Program-made: the position numbers and the translations under genes
Shown: one piece after another, positions 1 to 9,349 of the stretch
Layout of the letters: each line of letters opens with the position of its first letter
Position numbering within the stretch: position 1 is the first letter of the stretch
Source: Campylobacterota bacterium
GTDB lineage: Bacteria > Babelota > Babeliae > Babelales > RVW-14
Assembly: GCA_020633995.1 (NCBI GenBank)
Contig: JACKCO010000004.1
Location: 310,243-374,242, forward strand
Direction: 5' to 3'
DNA length: 64,000 nt
The notes under the pieces: model-generated
Told to the model about the DNA's origin: nothing
The model's database searches: none
The model's input: only the letters and a program-made list of their open reading frames with translations

Positions 1-1029
1 AAAAATATAGTGATAAAGATAGGAGCTGTGCTCCTCATGGGGTTTCTGTCGTACCAAGAACCACATGTTAATAGTTGGTTTTACATTGGTTTTTTTTGTA
101 AAGGATGTAGCCAGTTCTGCAAATAAAGTATCCAATATATCTTTTTTGTACATGCCTTTTGGATACTCTGTTGTATATTTACCCGTTGCAAGAAAATTAC
201 TTATTGCGGAATGAAAATTGGGGTCTATATCTAACGATTTTATTTTTTCAAAGTTTTCTATATCAAAGCCCACGACACGATTATCTCTAAAATCAATGTA
301 ATAGTTATAAACTGTAGGTACATCGATGACATCAAAACTATGGCTTTTTTTAACTTCTGGCTTTGCTAGCATTTCGTAAACAGAATTGTACCAGTTGAGG
401 GTGAGCTTGTTACCAAACTGATTTTTAAAAATAGTAGTACGCTCAAAATCTTGCTCTACAGGCTCGATGAAGTTGAAACCTATATTTTCATACCCAAGAA
501 TTTCCAGGCCTTTTGCTAGCAAATATTGTTGTAAAAAATTGACTCCAGCACCAAATGACGTGTGTACTATAGTTTTCTGAGTTTTTGGGGGGAAATTGTT
601 ATTAAGCTGGGCAAGCTGTGTGAGTATTATTTTTATACGGTCAATATTTGTTAAGCTTTCACAGGTACACCAATTAAATGTTACAGGCTCATTTTTTCCT
701 GTTTTTGTTTGCGTGGTGATTATAGCGCCGTTATTATGTTTAAGCGTTAAAACACAGCTGTTTCTTTTGTGATGAGATTTTCGTTCGGTTTCACGTAAAG
801 CCTCCTTGAGTACCTTCCATAATTCTTTTCTATGGTCCTGAGTCAGAGATATAAATTGACTTTGATCAGCCAGCATAGCTGATGTGTCTTCAAGATCCGC
901 GTTACATGCATCGGCGTCTGTGCGGTTAACAACCGGTTCATACGTGAAAGCGTCAGTTCCGGCAGCTTTGATGGTATAATTTTGTATGCTTAAAAAAATG
1001 AGTGTTGTGAGTAATAATTTTTTTTGCAT
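1..1029 (-). CDS. Secreted hypothetical protein, C-terminus cut by the window edge; paralog of 1031..2764
   Basis: ATG at 1029, one nt after the stop of the upstream gene. My hand translation (MQKKLLLTTLIFLSIQNYTIKAAGTDAF...) stays open down to position 1. It is absent from the ORF track because there is no stop inside the window. WCTCESLTN..IVHTSFGAG..FNFIEP..KKSHSFDVIDVP aligns with the neighbour's WCSCPSLSN..IVHTTFGPG..IQMIEP..KKSHSFDIIDLP. Confidence 0.6.
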   Translation of the reverse strand, partial: MQKKLLLTTLIFLSIQNYTIKAAGTDAFTYEPVVNRTDADACNADLEDTSAMLADQSQFISLTQDHRKELWKVLKEALRETERKSHHKRNSCVLTLKHNNGAIITTQTKTGKNEPVTFNWCTCESLTNIDRIKIILTQLAQLNNNFPPKTQKTIVHTSFGAGVNFLQQYLLAKGLEILGYENIGFNFIEPVEQDFERTTIFKNQFGNKLTLNWYNSVYEMLAKPEVKKSHSFDVIDVPTVYNYYIDFRDNRVVGFDIENFEKIKSLDIDPNFHSAISNFLATGKYTTEYPKGMYKKDILDTLFAELATSFTKKTNVKPTINMWFLVRQKPHEEHSSYLYHYIF

Positions 1030-1030
1030 G

Positions 1031-2764
1031 TCAGATCTCACTAGCTAGTGTTTGCATAAGTCGCAGCATTTTGAGTTTGAGCAGCTGCAACATGTTAGTT
1101 AGTTGATTTATGGCTTGAGTTGCAAAATCTGCTGGAATTTCAAAATCAGGCAAGATTTTACTAAAGTCGTCGTAAAGTTCTTGAGTTGGATAAAAAGAGC
1201 CTTGCGAGTAATGAATTTTTTGGTTATTTGACTCAAAGACGATTGCGTTGTTTGATATTTTATTCTGCTCAACCAAGTACGAATATTCTCCATAAATAGA
1301 GCGATGTAATTGAACAGAGAGCGTGGATTGTGGTTCATGTTTTTGTATAAATTTTTCAAATGTTTCTATAACAGATTGAGTCACCTGAGTTTGTGACTTG
1401 CTTTTATTGTTTATGAATGCTGTGCGTGTTAGTTTTTTTAGTTCTTCAAGTTGTGCTGCAGAAAGAAGAGTTGGTTCTGGTTCTTCTTCATCTTCTTCAG
1501 AAGGAATTTCAAAGAATAGGTCTTTGCCTGATAAGGTATTGTTGATTCTAGCATGTATCAAATCATACCCATTTTGTTCATTAATAAGTGTAACGCAACA
1601 AAAAAGGTCATAAAGGGCACTAACTGTATCGCTTTTCGTATTCTCTTGATGTATTTGAAGAGTAGTTATGGTATCAAAAATGCGAGCAAAGCTTATTTTT
1701 TCATATTCACTTGTAAACAGTTTATTAAAATTTTCTTCGGTTAGATTTTTTAAGGTCTCATTGAATTTGTTATTTTTAGAAAGGCTTGATAGTGCATTAA
1801 GCACACGAGCCCTACTTGCAATCGCGTCTGCACTAGCGTCTTCGTCTGTAAGATTGTATTCTGCTACGAGATAATTTTGGTTGGTACCATCACCTTCGAG
1901 TAGCTTGTAAATGTCTGCAGACTCTTCGTCATTAAGCTGTATATTTTCTGCTAGCTGTTGAATTGTTACGAGTTGTGACGGTGTATAGTTTTGCTCTATA
2001 GAACTTTCATAGTCTGTTGGGAGATCAATGATGTCAAAACTATGACTTTTTTTGGTGGTATCTTCAGCCTTAAGGCTGTAAACATCTGGGAAATGTATGA
2101 GCGTAACCTTCTTGTTTTCATCTGCTGAGAGTAGCGCTTGTATCTTGTCAGTGGGCGGTTGTGCGGGTTCAATCATCTGAATGGTAATGTTTTGGTAACC
2201 AAGTATTAACATACCCTTAATCAAAAGGTACAGTTGCGCGCCTTGCCCCGGCCCAAAGGTAGTATGGACAATAGCAGGTGTTGAGTCGGGTGGGAATGTT
2301 GTGTTGAGTGCGTTAAGTTGTTTGAGCGTTGTTTCAACGCGCATAACGTTTGAAAGACTAGGGCAACTGCACCAAGCTATCCCGTTATTTGCCGGTTCGT
2401 TCGGAAGCTGGATGTTAATACGCGTTAGGTATCTGTTAGGATTATTATAGTCAAAGTGTTCATCTGTATCAGTAAAGTCGTCATGTGTGGGAATAAAGGT
2501 ATAGGGTTGCTTAAAAATTTCTTTTAAAAATGTCCAAAATTTTTGTTGTCGATCTTGACTAAGCGATGTGTTGCTGATTATTTTAGCGATTTGAGTAAGT
2601 TCGTATGCGCGTGCCGTATAGTTTGCTTCATAGGTAAAGGATTTCTTATCCAAGTCAATTGCTGGATCAAAGGTTATGGTGCAAAGCAAGCTTTGTCCCA
2701 GTCCAATCAAGACGAGAGCTAATAATGTGTAGCGAGATAGTGAGTGTCCCCTAGTATTTTTCAT
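1031..2764 (-). CDS. Secreted hypothetical protein (577 aa) with a possible Rossmann/methyltransferase-like core and a C-terminal LKLKM helix
   Basis: Long ORF with N-terminal signal peptide MKNTRGHSLSRYTLLALVLIGLG. Paralogous to 1..1029. C-terminus is NMLQLLKLKMLRLMQTLASEI. Confidence 0.6.
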   Translation of the reverse strand: MKNTRGHSLSRYTLLALVLIGLGQSLLCTITFDPAIDLDKKSFTYEANYTARAYELTQIAKIISNTSLSQDRQQKFWTFLKEIFKQPYTFIPTHDDFTDTDEHFDYNNPNRYLTRINIQLPNEPANNGIAWCSCPSLSNVMRVETTLKQLNALNTTFPPDSTPAIVHTTFGPGQGAQLYLLIKGMLILGYQNITIQMIEPAQPPTDKIQALLSADENKKVTLIHFPDVYSLKAEDTTKKSHSFDIIDLPTDYESSIEQNYTPSQLVTIQQLAENIQLNDEESADIYKLLEGDGTNQNYLVAEYNLTDEDASADAIASRARVLNALSSLSKNNKFNETLKNLTEENFNKLFTSEYEKISFARIFDTITTLQIHQENTKSDTVSALYDLFCCVTLINEQNGYDLIHARINNTLSGKDLFFEIPSEEDEEEPEPTLLSAAQLEELKKLTRTAFINNKSKSQTQVTQSVIETFEKFIQKHEPQSTLSVQLHRSIYGEYSYLVEQNKISNNAIVFESNNQKIHYSQGSFYPTQELYDDFSKILPDFEIPADFATQAINQLTNMLQLLKLKMLRLMQTLASEI

Positions 2765-2854
2765 GCCCCGTACCCTGAATAATATTTTTCCAAATATAAA
2801 TATGTTGCATAGTATTATTGTATACCAGGTAGCTTTTGCATTGCAATAGTATTT

Positions 2855-2879
2855 ACAACTGGCCTATTGGGCCAGTTGT
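2855..2879. promoter_or_regulatory. Perfect 10-bp inverted repeat in a divergent intergenic region (candidate operator or 5' structure)
   Basis: acaactggcc-tattg-ggccagttgt, between divergent genes 2764(-) and 3094(+). No flanking T-run, so it is not a terminator. Confidence 0.25.
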
Positions 2880-3093
2880 GGGTAGTGCATGAAAAAAGCC
2901 TAAGTTACGCAAGGAAACGTTGATTTGGGCGCAGGATAGCAGCTTTATACACTTTTTAGCTTGTCTATTTACTTCTCCTGACCGAGTGGGTATAACAGGT
3001 GTAGGCTATGGTAATAAAATCCCCAATTTGGGGATTATTTTTATAGTGCTTGAATGCCCAAAAAGGGCTTACATAGGGAGAAAGGAAGCGGTT

Positions 3094-3654
3094 ATGAGTA
3101 GTAATGCCAAGCAGGGGGGCGAAAGGACCAGCGTCGCCTGGTTTGCGTTGTCAAATTTGATAGCACGTAAGGAGAAGGAAAAGGCGCTCAACGTCTTTCG
3201 GTTGCTGGCACATTCTTTTGATGATCGTGCTTATACGCTGCAGATAGAAGGTGATATCTTGTGGCATCTTGATGACTATGACCAGTCGATTGAACGGTAC
3301 AAAAAAGCTGCATTTTTGTACCAAAAGGAAAAACGCTTGATCAACGCGATTGCAATCTACGAACATATGCTCAGTATGAATGAACATAACGACGAAATTC
3401 TGGCTCAATTGATTTATTTTTACCTACTTGCTGATTTGCAGGATAAGTTTGAACAACGTTTTGAGCTGCTAGCCCAGCGCCAGAGTAAGCATCAGTTTGA
3501 TGAACAAGTGTTGCTAAAGTTTGCAAAGCTAATAGCCGAAACGCTCAACACCCCAGAGCGGGAGCAAACGCGTGCTTGGGCAATACAAACGATGAAAAAA
3601 GTGTGTCAACACCATGCACCCGATTTGATGCAACATTTTTTACAAAATCATTGA
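3094..3654 (+). CDS. TPR-like helical repeat protein
   Basis: ATG at 3094 preceded by gggagaaaggaag. The track ORF starts at an upstream TTG (2920). Repeated A/Y/L helical pattern (YKKAAFLYQKEKRLINAIAIYEHML). Confidence 0.45.
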   Translation: MSSNAKQGGERTSVAWFALSNLIARKEKEKALNVFRLLAHSFDDRAYTLQIEGDILWHLDDYDQSIERYKKAAFLYQKEKRLINAIAIYEHMLSMNEHNDEILAQLIYFYLLADLQDKFEQRFELLAQRQSKHQFDEQVLLKFAKLIAETLNTPEREQTRAWAIQTMKKVCQHHAPDLMQHFLQNH

Positions 3655-6600
3655 GATAGCAATGCCCTCTTGTTCAAGCTCCTTGAGTTGATCAATCGAG
3701 TAAGATATCTTTTTCTGCGCATGGAGAGCGAGCAAGTTCTCGTTTTCATGAAAGCGCAATGTTAAAGGACTGCCGCTACCTTGCTGCTGGCAGAGTGCTT
3801 TGATTTTTTCAAGCGTGCGCTGCGATGGTTGTCTGGGTAGTGTTAATGTAACATGCTGCTTTGTGTTTTGTTCATCGAGTAAGCTGTCAATGGGTATGAG
3901 CTCTTGCGCCTTAATTTTACACTTGTTTTGTGCGGTAATATCTAAGTTGCCCTTGATGACAAAAACGTTGTGCTCATCCAGGAGCTGCTCAACTTTGGCA
4001 AACAAAGAAGGGAAAATAATAATTTCGGCATGCCCAGAAAAATCTTCACATTGCATGAAGGCCATGCGGTCGCCTTTTTTGGTGGTTATGACTTTATGAC
4101 TTTGTGCAAGCCCACAACAGGTTACCGTTGGTTCACGCAGTGAGGTGATGTTTTCAAGGAGTTCAAGCGTCTTTGCAAATGGTGTGTGCTCAAGCCATTT
4201 AACAACGGGATAACTTTTGAGAGGATGTGAGCTGAGGTAAAAGCCAACAACTTCTTTTTCTTTTTCCAGTTTTTCTTTGTCTGGAAAGTCATCGAGCAAC
4301 GCAAATGTGTAGCGCTGGCCTTGTTCGTTTTCATGGACTTGTACACCGCCACCAAACAGTCCCATTTGCCCTGTTTCGGCAGCCTTTTTGTACTCTTGTG
4401 CCATGTTGATAATTTTATCAAGCTCTGCAATTTTTTGTGCTCGATTGCCAGGTAGGCTGTCAAAAGCTCCAGCGTAAATAAGGCTTTCAAGCACGCGTTT
4501 ATTGGCAACGCGCAGGTCTATGCGTTTACAAAAATCAAGCATGTCAGCAAATGGTTTTTTGCCTCGTTCGGTGATAAGGTTTTCAAGGGCTGCATGCCCA
4601 ACATTTTTAATTCCCTCAAGCCCAAACCGCACACCATCTTTGCTGGCAGTAAACGACATTTCAGATTCTGCAATTGATGGTGGTAGCACAGTAATGTGCA
4701 TGTCACTCATTTCTTGTAGATAGTTGGTCATTTGGTCTGGATTGTGTGTTTCAAAGGATATCAGAGCTGCCATAAACTCGTGGGGGTAGTTTGCTTTTAA
4801 GTACGCCGTGTGGTAGGCAATAAGCGCATATGCTGTTGAGTGTGACTTATTAAAACCGTACCCGGCAAAATAAGCCATCAGGTCAAAAAGTTCTGCTGCT
4901 TTTTTTTCGTCAAAGCCTTTTTCTTTTGCCCCAGCAACAAATTTTTCTTTTTGCTCTGCCATTACTTCGGCTTTTTTCTTACCCATGGCACGACGTAAAA
5001 TGTCAGCAGCACCTAGACTGTACCCTGCAATGGCTCCAGCGATTTTCATAACCTGTTCTTGGTAAACGATAACGCCATACGTTTCTTTCAAAATAGGCTC
5101 AAGCTCAGGGAACATGTACACAATTTCTTTTTTACCATGACGACGATCAATAAAGTCGTCCACCATGCCAGATCCTAATGGTCCCGGCCGGTAGAGTGCG
5201 TTGACGGCGATCAGGTCTTCAAACTTGTCTGGTTGCAGGCGACAGAGCACATCTTGAATCCCACTGGATTCAAATTGGAATACGCCCTTCGTTTGTCCTT
5301 TGCACAGAAGTTCAAATGTCTTAGGGTCATCCAGGGTAAGCTGATCAAGATCAATAGTAACGCCATGATTTTGTTTGATTGCTTTGAGTGCATAGTCAAT
5401 GACGGTTAAGTTTTTTAGCCCCAAAAAGTCCATCTTTAAAAAGCCAATAGCCTCAAGTTCAGTCATCGCATACTGAGCAACAAGGTCATGGGTTTTGGGT
5501 GGAATGTAAAGGGGCAGGCAACCAGCCAACGGCTCAGGCGAAATAACCAGTCCGGCAGCGTGCTTTGACGCATGGCGTGTGACACCCTCAAGTTTAAAAC
5601 AGATGTCAATGAGACGCCCAATTTCAGGGTTGCTTTCAATCAAGCTTTTAAGGCGGGGCTCTTGTTCGATGGCTTCTTTGATTGTTATTTTGAGCTGGTC
5701 AGGAACAAGGTCGGTAATTGCGTTTGAATCTTGAAAAGGAAAGCCAAGGACGCGGGCAACGTCTTTGATCACGCCCTTTGCCATCATGGTACCAAACGTG
5801 ATGATTTGACAGACGCAGTCATGACCGTATTTGTCTTTAACGTAGTTAATCACTTCTTCGCGTCGGTTTATGCAAAAATCGATATCAAAGTCAGGCATGC
5901 TGACACGCTCAGGGTTAAGAAAGCGTTCAAAGAGTAAGTTATATTTGATAGGGTCGACGTTAGTGATTTGCATTGCCCATGCAACGAGCGACCCGGCACC
6001 AGAACCGCGCCCAGGGCCCACAGAAATATTTTGTTGTTTTGCCCACTGAATAAAATCACTAACAACCAGAAAGTAGCCAACAAAACCCATCTTAATGAGC
6101 AGATCCATTTCAAGCTTAAGTCGCGTGTCGTATACTTCGTGTTTGTCAGCAGGAATAAGATTGCCATTTTTTAGGCGTTGCAGTCCGTCCTGGCATTGCC
6201 TGGTAAAAAAGCTTTCTTCGTTATAGCCTTCAGGTACAGGAAACGCAGGAAAAAAAAGTTTGCCAAATTCGAACTCAAACTCACACATGTCTGCGATTTT
6301 TCCTGTATTCCAAATCAGATCTTCTCGTTCAGGAAAAGCGTTAAGCATTTCTTGTGTGCTGCGCACATACGCCTGACATTCACCAAAACTGTAGCGGTCA
6401 GGGTCGGACAAAAGTCCTTTGGTTTGTACTGACAGGAGTACTTCGTGAGCTTCTTTGTCATCATGGCATAGATAGTGCGCATCCGATGTTGCAATACAGT
6501 TGATGTTATTTTTTGCACTGTATTCAAACAAGAGTTTGTTCGCAAGTGCTTGTTTTTCAAATGTTACAGGTTGCAACTCAAAATAAAAACGATCACGGCC

Positions 6601-7092
6601 AAATACGTCTACAAACCACTCTATGCGAGATTGTGCCTCATCATAATTTTCTTCTTGCAGCAGTGACGGTATATGTCCCCCCACACAGGCAGTGGTACTG
6701 ATCAAGCCTTCGCTGTATTTTTCAAGCATTGCATAGTCAATACGGGGCTTAAAGTAGTACCCCTGTTCATACGACATTGCCATGAGCTTGCACAAGTTTT
6801 GATAGCCAACACGATTCTGGACAATCAAGATGAGGTGAAAATACTTATTTTTTGCATCTTTGATAGTAATGTCTGGGCAAAAGTACATTTCAGCACCAAG
6901 AACAGCCTTAAGGCCTTCTTTTTTTGCCAGTTGAAAAAATTTAACGGCACCAAAAATATTGCCATGATCTGAAATGCCAACGGCCTTCCATTCTTGTGTT
7001 TTTGCATGTCTGACAAGGTCGGGAACTTTGATCATACCGTCAAGAAGTGAATATTCAGTATGAAGATGAAGGTGGGTAAAGTGTTTGCTCAT
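3640..7092 (-). CDS. dnaE: DNA polymerase III alpha subunit
   Basis: 1150 aa. N-terminal PHP motif HLHLHTEYSLLDG, polymerase core (PDFDIDF, GLLKMDFLGL-like FLKMDFLGLKNLT) and a C-terminal OB region. Confidence 0.95.
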   Translation of the reverse strand: MSKHFTHLHLHTEYSLLDGMIKVPDLVRHAKTQEWKAVGISDHGNIFGAVKFFQLAKKEGLKAVLGAEMYFCPDITIKDAKNKYFHLILIVQNRVGYQNLCKLMAMSYEQGYYFKPRIDYAMLEKYSEGLISTTACVGGHIPSLLQEENYDEAQSRIEWFVDVFGRDRFYFELQPVTFEKQALANKLLFEYSAKNNINCIATSDAHYLCHDDKEAHEVLLSVQTKGLLSDPDRYSFGECQAYVRSTQEMLNAFPEREDLIWNTGKIADMCEFEFEFGKLFFPAFPVPEGYNEESFFTRQCQDGLQRLKNGNLIPADKHEVYDTRLKLEMDLLIKMGFVGYFLVVSDFIQWAKQQNISVGPGRGSGAGSLVAWAMQITNVDPIKYNLLFERFLNPERVSMPDFDIDFCINRREEVINYVKDKYGHDCVCQIITFGTMMAKGVIKDVARVLGFPFQDSNAITDLVPDQLKITIKEAIEQEPRLKSLIESNPEIGRLIDICFKLEGVTRHASKHAAGLVISPEPLAGCLPLYIPPKTHDLVAQYAMTELEAIGFLKMDFLGLKNLTVIDYALKAIKQNHGVTIDLDQLTLDDPKTFELLCKGQTKGVFQFESSGIQDVLCRLQPDKFEDLIAVNALYRPGPLGSGMVDDFIDRRHGKKEIVYMFPELEPILKETYGVIVYQEQVMKIAGAIAGYSLGAADILRRAMGKKKAEVMAEQKEKFVAGAKEKGFDEKKAAELFDLMAYFAGYGFNKSHSTAYALIAYHTAYLKANYPHEFMAALISFETHNPDQMTNYLQEMSDMHITVLPPSIAESEMSFTASKDGVRFGLEGIKNVGHAALENLITERGKKPFADMLDFCKRIDLRVANKRVLESLIYAGAFDSLPGNRAQKIAELDKIINMAQEYKKAAETGQMGLFGGGVQVHENEQGQRYTFALLDDFPDKEKLEKEKEVVGFYLSSHPLKSYPVVKWLEHTPFAKTLELLENITSLREPTVTCCGLAQSHKVITTKKGDRMAFMQCEDFSGHAEIIIFPSLFAKVEQLLDEHNVFVIKGNLDITAQNKCKIKAQELIPIDSLLDEQNTKQHVTLTLPRQPSQRTLEKIKALCQQQGSGSPLTLRFHENENLLALHAQKKISYSIDQLKELEQEGIAISMIL

Positions 7093-7250
7093 GATTTCTT
7101 ATTTTTTTCTTTGGTGCCCTGTGCTTGGGTAGGCTAAACTGTCTTCCTGCCATTAACAAGCTCGCAGTATAGTCCAACTTTGCCTAAAAGTTGAGTGCGA
7201 CGGAAAAGATCCCTTATTTTAAGGACAAAAGGAAAAATAAAAAAGACGCT

Positions 7251-7278
7251 TTGCAAGAGATTGAACTCAGGCTATACT
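7251..7278 (+). promoter_or_regulatory. Putative sigma70-type promoter for the CaCA gene
   Basis: ttgcaa (7251-7256), 16-nt spacer, tatact (7273-7278), about 78 nt upstream of the ATG at 7356. Confidence 0.35.
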
Positions 7279-7355
7279 TAACAGCTCGTGGGTTAGGTTA
7301 TCAAGACGATGCATGAAAATGTTTTAAATTAAGCCTTTTTACAGGAAAGTGCCAT

Positions 7356-8342
7356 ATGGATTTTGCGCTGGCTACGCACCTAGTTTGCGTAGCGGGGGGA
7401 TTGGGAGTTCTTTGGTGGTCTGGAGATCTAGTAGTTCATTACTCAGTGGAAGTTGCTAAGGCCTTTGGCCTGACGACATTTTTCTTGGGCTTTATTGTCC
7501 TTGCAATGGCAGCAGACGTTCCTGAACTTGCTGTTGCGCTGACTTCCGCGTTTCAGGGGGTCAGTGAAGTTTCTGCGGGCAACTTGATAGGTGCTAATTT
7601 TACCGACATTGCCTTGGTCATCGGCTTGACGCTTTTGCTTGCCGGTCGGGGCATTTCCGTGTCAGAGTCTGACCGCCGTAAATTGTTGCTTATGCTTTCT
7701 CTTACCGCTTTCGTTCTCATGATTGGTTTCCTCGTACAACCACTCACGCGAGTGCATGGTGCTATGCTGATTGGTGTCTACGTAGGCCTTATGGGATGGA
7801 TGTGGAAAAATCGACATGAACACGACATGCTTGACGAGGAAGTAACAAGCATTACACACGATGTTGAGCAGCATCCTGATACATTTTTAAAATCACGCTG
7901 GGGGCTTGTACTCAAATTAGTTGCAAGTCTCGGTCTTGTGATGGGTGTTTCAGAAATTATTGTTTACTCAACCACTGAGGTAGCAAGTTTGCTTATGTTG
8001 CCGCTTGAGACAATAGGGTCAACCATTCTTGCCATTGGAACATCACTGCCAGAGCTTTCATTGAGTCTTAGTGCGCTGCGCCGCAAAGAATATAGCCTGG
8101 CAATAGGGCCAACGCTTGGTACCGTATTTGAACAAGGCACACTCATTATGGGCCTACTAGCCTTATTTTCAGGCAAACCAGTAAATCTGGCTGGCCTTCA
8201 TGCGCAGTTTTTCTTCATGCTTGCGGCCGTCGTTGTGATGTGTATTGCACTGCTGCGTGATAGTAAAGTTCCTCGTCAAACAGGTTTTGCGCTTATCAGT
8301 CTGTTTGTGCTGTACTTTGCGTATCACATTAATATGGCATAA
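7356..8342 (+). CDS. Na+/Ca2+ exchanger (CaCA/YrbG) family membrane protein
   Basis: Two alpha-repeat motifs, GNLIGANFTDIALVIGL and GTSLPELSLSL. Polytopic and hydrophobic. Confidence 0.75.
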   Translation: MDFALATHLVCVAGGLGVLWWSGDLVVHYSVEVAKAFGLTTFFLGFIVLAMAADVPELAVALTSAFQGVSEVSAGNLIGANFTDIALVIGLTLLLAGRGISVSESDRRKLLLMLSLTAFVLMIGFLVQPLTRVHGAMLIGVYVGLMGWMWKNRHEHDMLDEEVTSITHDVEQHPDTFLKSRWGLVLKLVASLGLVMGVSEIIVYSTTEVASLLMLPLETIGSTILAIGTSLPELSLSLSALRRKEYSLAIGPTLGTVFEQGTLIMGLLALFSGKPVNLAGLHAQFFFMLAAVVVMCIALLRDSKVPRQTGFALISLFVLYFAYHINMA

Positions 8343-8371
8343 GATATATCAAAGCTTATCAAATTTTTTGA

Positions 8372-8423
8372 GAGATTCCCGATGGGCACTCACGAAAGTA
8401 GCCGTCGGAAATCTCTTTTTTTT
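8372..8423 (+). terminator. Intrinsic terminator built from a GAAA-loop hairpin repeat module
   Basis: gagattcccgatgg/ccgtcggaaatctc 14-bp stem (two T-G oppositions) with inner cac-gaaa-gt, followed by T8 (8416-8423). It lies 30 nt after the CaCA stop. Confidence 0.7.
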
Positions 8424-8497
8424 ACTCTATCTTTCTTGCTTAGAGGAAGAGTGAAATTTCTGTAGGAACCGTTTTTTTGTCTGTTGCCGCGATTGAA

Positions 8498-8788
8498 TTA
8501 TTCAACCTGTAGTACGTCTGAGCTGATGCAAATCCCCCCGTACTTATTGATGAGTGGGATTGCAAGCGAGGTTAATTTTTCAGCTCCTTGAGCAGAACAA
8601 ATAACCATGATGTAGCTATTTTCACATGTTTCATCAAGGCCTTGTCCATCATGAACCCCGCTTTCGCCTCGGCCGTTAACGCCATTAATGATTGTGTAGC
8701 CAGGCAGGGCGAGCTGTTCGATAAGCATGATAACGTAAGGAAGTTGGACAGCTTCTACAATGATTTCTATTTTCTTCATAGCATTCAT
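8498..8788 (-). CDS. sbtB: P-II-like SbtB-family signalling protein, copy 2
   Basis: 96 aa. KKIEIIVE..PGYTIINGVNGRGESGVHDGQG..KYGGICISSDVLQV aligns with my recollection of cyanobacterial SbtB (GYTVMNTGGKGSRN..YAGIIYICSAEVL). Paralog of 9044..9331. Confidence 0.6.
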   Translation of the reverse strand: MNAMKKIEIIVEAVQLPYVIMLIEQLALPGYTIINGVNGRGESGVHDGQGLDETCENSYIMVICSAQGAEKLTSLAIPLINKYGGICISSDVLQVE

Positions 8789-9043
8789 AAAAAAGGCCCC
8801 CAGGGGTTATGAAATGACTTTATCTGCTGTCATAGCAATGCCCATGGTAAGATTGCTACTCATAATTCCTTCTCAGTCTTATGTAGCTTATGATTGTTTG
8901 TCTATGGGTGAAGCATAAAAAAATTGAGTACAAAAAAGCGATATTTTTTTAAAAGAGATCTGATTTATAGGGGGAAAGATTGCAATTTTTTTGCGTGCCT
9001 ACTGCTGGGATTTTTTTTAATTCGGAGTTAACTTTTAGGATAG

Positions 9044-9331
9044 TTAGATTTGCTCAACGTCTGAGCTTACACAAATGCCACTATATTTTTCAAGAATAGG
9101 CTTAATATTTTTGATCAGTTCTTCAGCTTGTTTGACCGAGCAGATGACGATTATGTAGCCATTTAAATACGTACCGTCAAGCCCTTGCCCGTCCTTTAAT
9201 CCCCGGGTTCCGCGTCCGGAGACGTCAGAGACAACCGTGTAGCCTGGTAAATTAAGTTCATCAACTACTTGCGTGATGTGTTGAATCTGTACATCTTCAA
9301 CTATGATCTCAATTTTTTTTAACGGTGACAT
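9044..9331 (-). CDS. sbtB: P-II-like SbtB-family signalling protein, copy 1
   Basis: 95 aa. Starts 19 nt downstream of the SbtA-like permease. Same P-II-like pattern (PGYTVVSDVSGRGTRGLKDGQG). Confidence 0.65.
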   Translation of the reverse strand: MSPLKKIEIIVEDVQIQHITQVVDELNLPGYTVVSDVSGRGTRGLKDGQGLDGTYLNGYIIVICSVKQAEELIKNIKPILEKYSGICVSSDVEQI

Positions 9332-9349
9332 ACGTTCCTCCCCCTGTGG

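Noticed and set aside
2920-3093. The ORF track gives upstream extensions for several genes: 2920, 18223, 21264, 26563, 29430, 32478, 42468, 43741, 50998 and 52566.
   Set aside because: The extensions use alternative start codons or upstream ATGs, and some overlap the end of the preceding gene. Internal ATG, GTG or TTG starts with Shine-Dalgarno motifs give N-termini matching family consensus or proper signal peptides.
8807-8863. An 18-codon ORF (MSSNLTMGIAMTADKVIS) with a gaaggaa Shine-Dalgarno lies in the spacer between the two SbtB-like genes. It is a possible leader peptide.
   Set aside because: It is too short to support without conservation or ribosome-profiling data. I note it only as a possibility.
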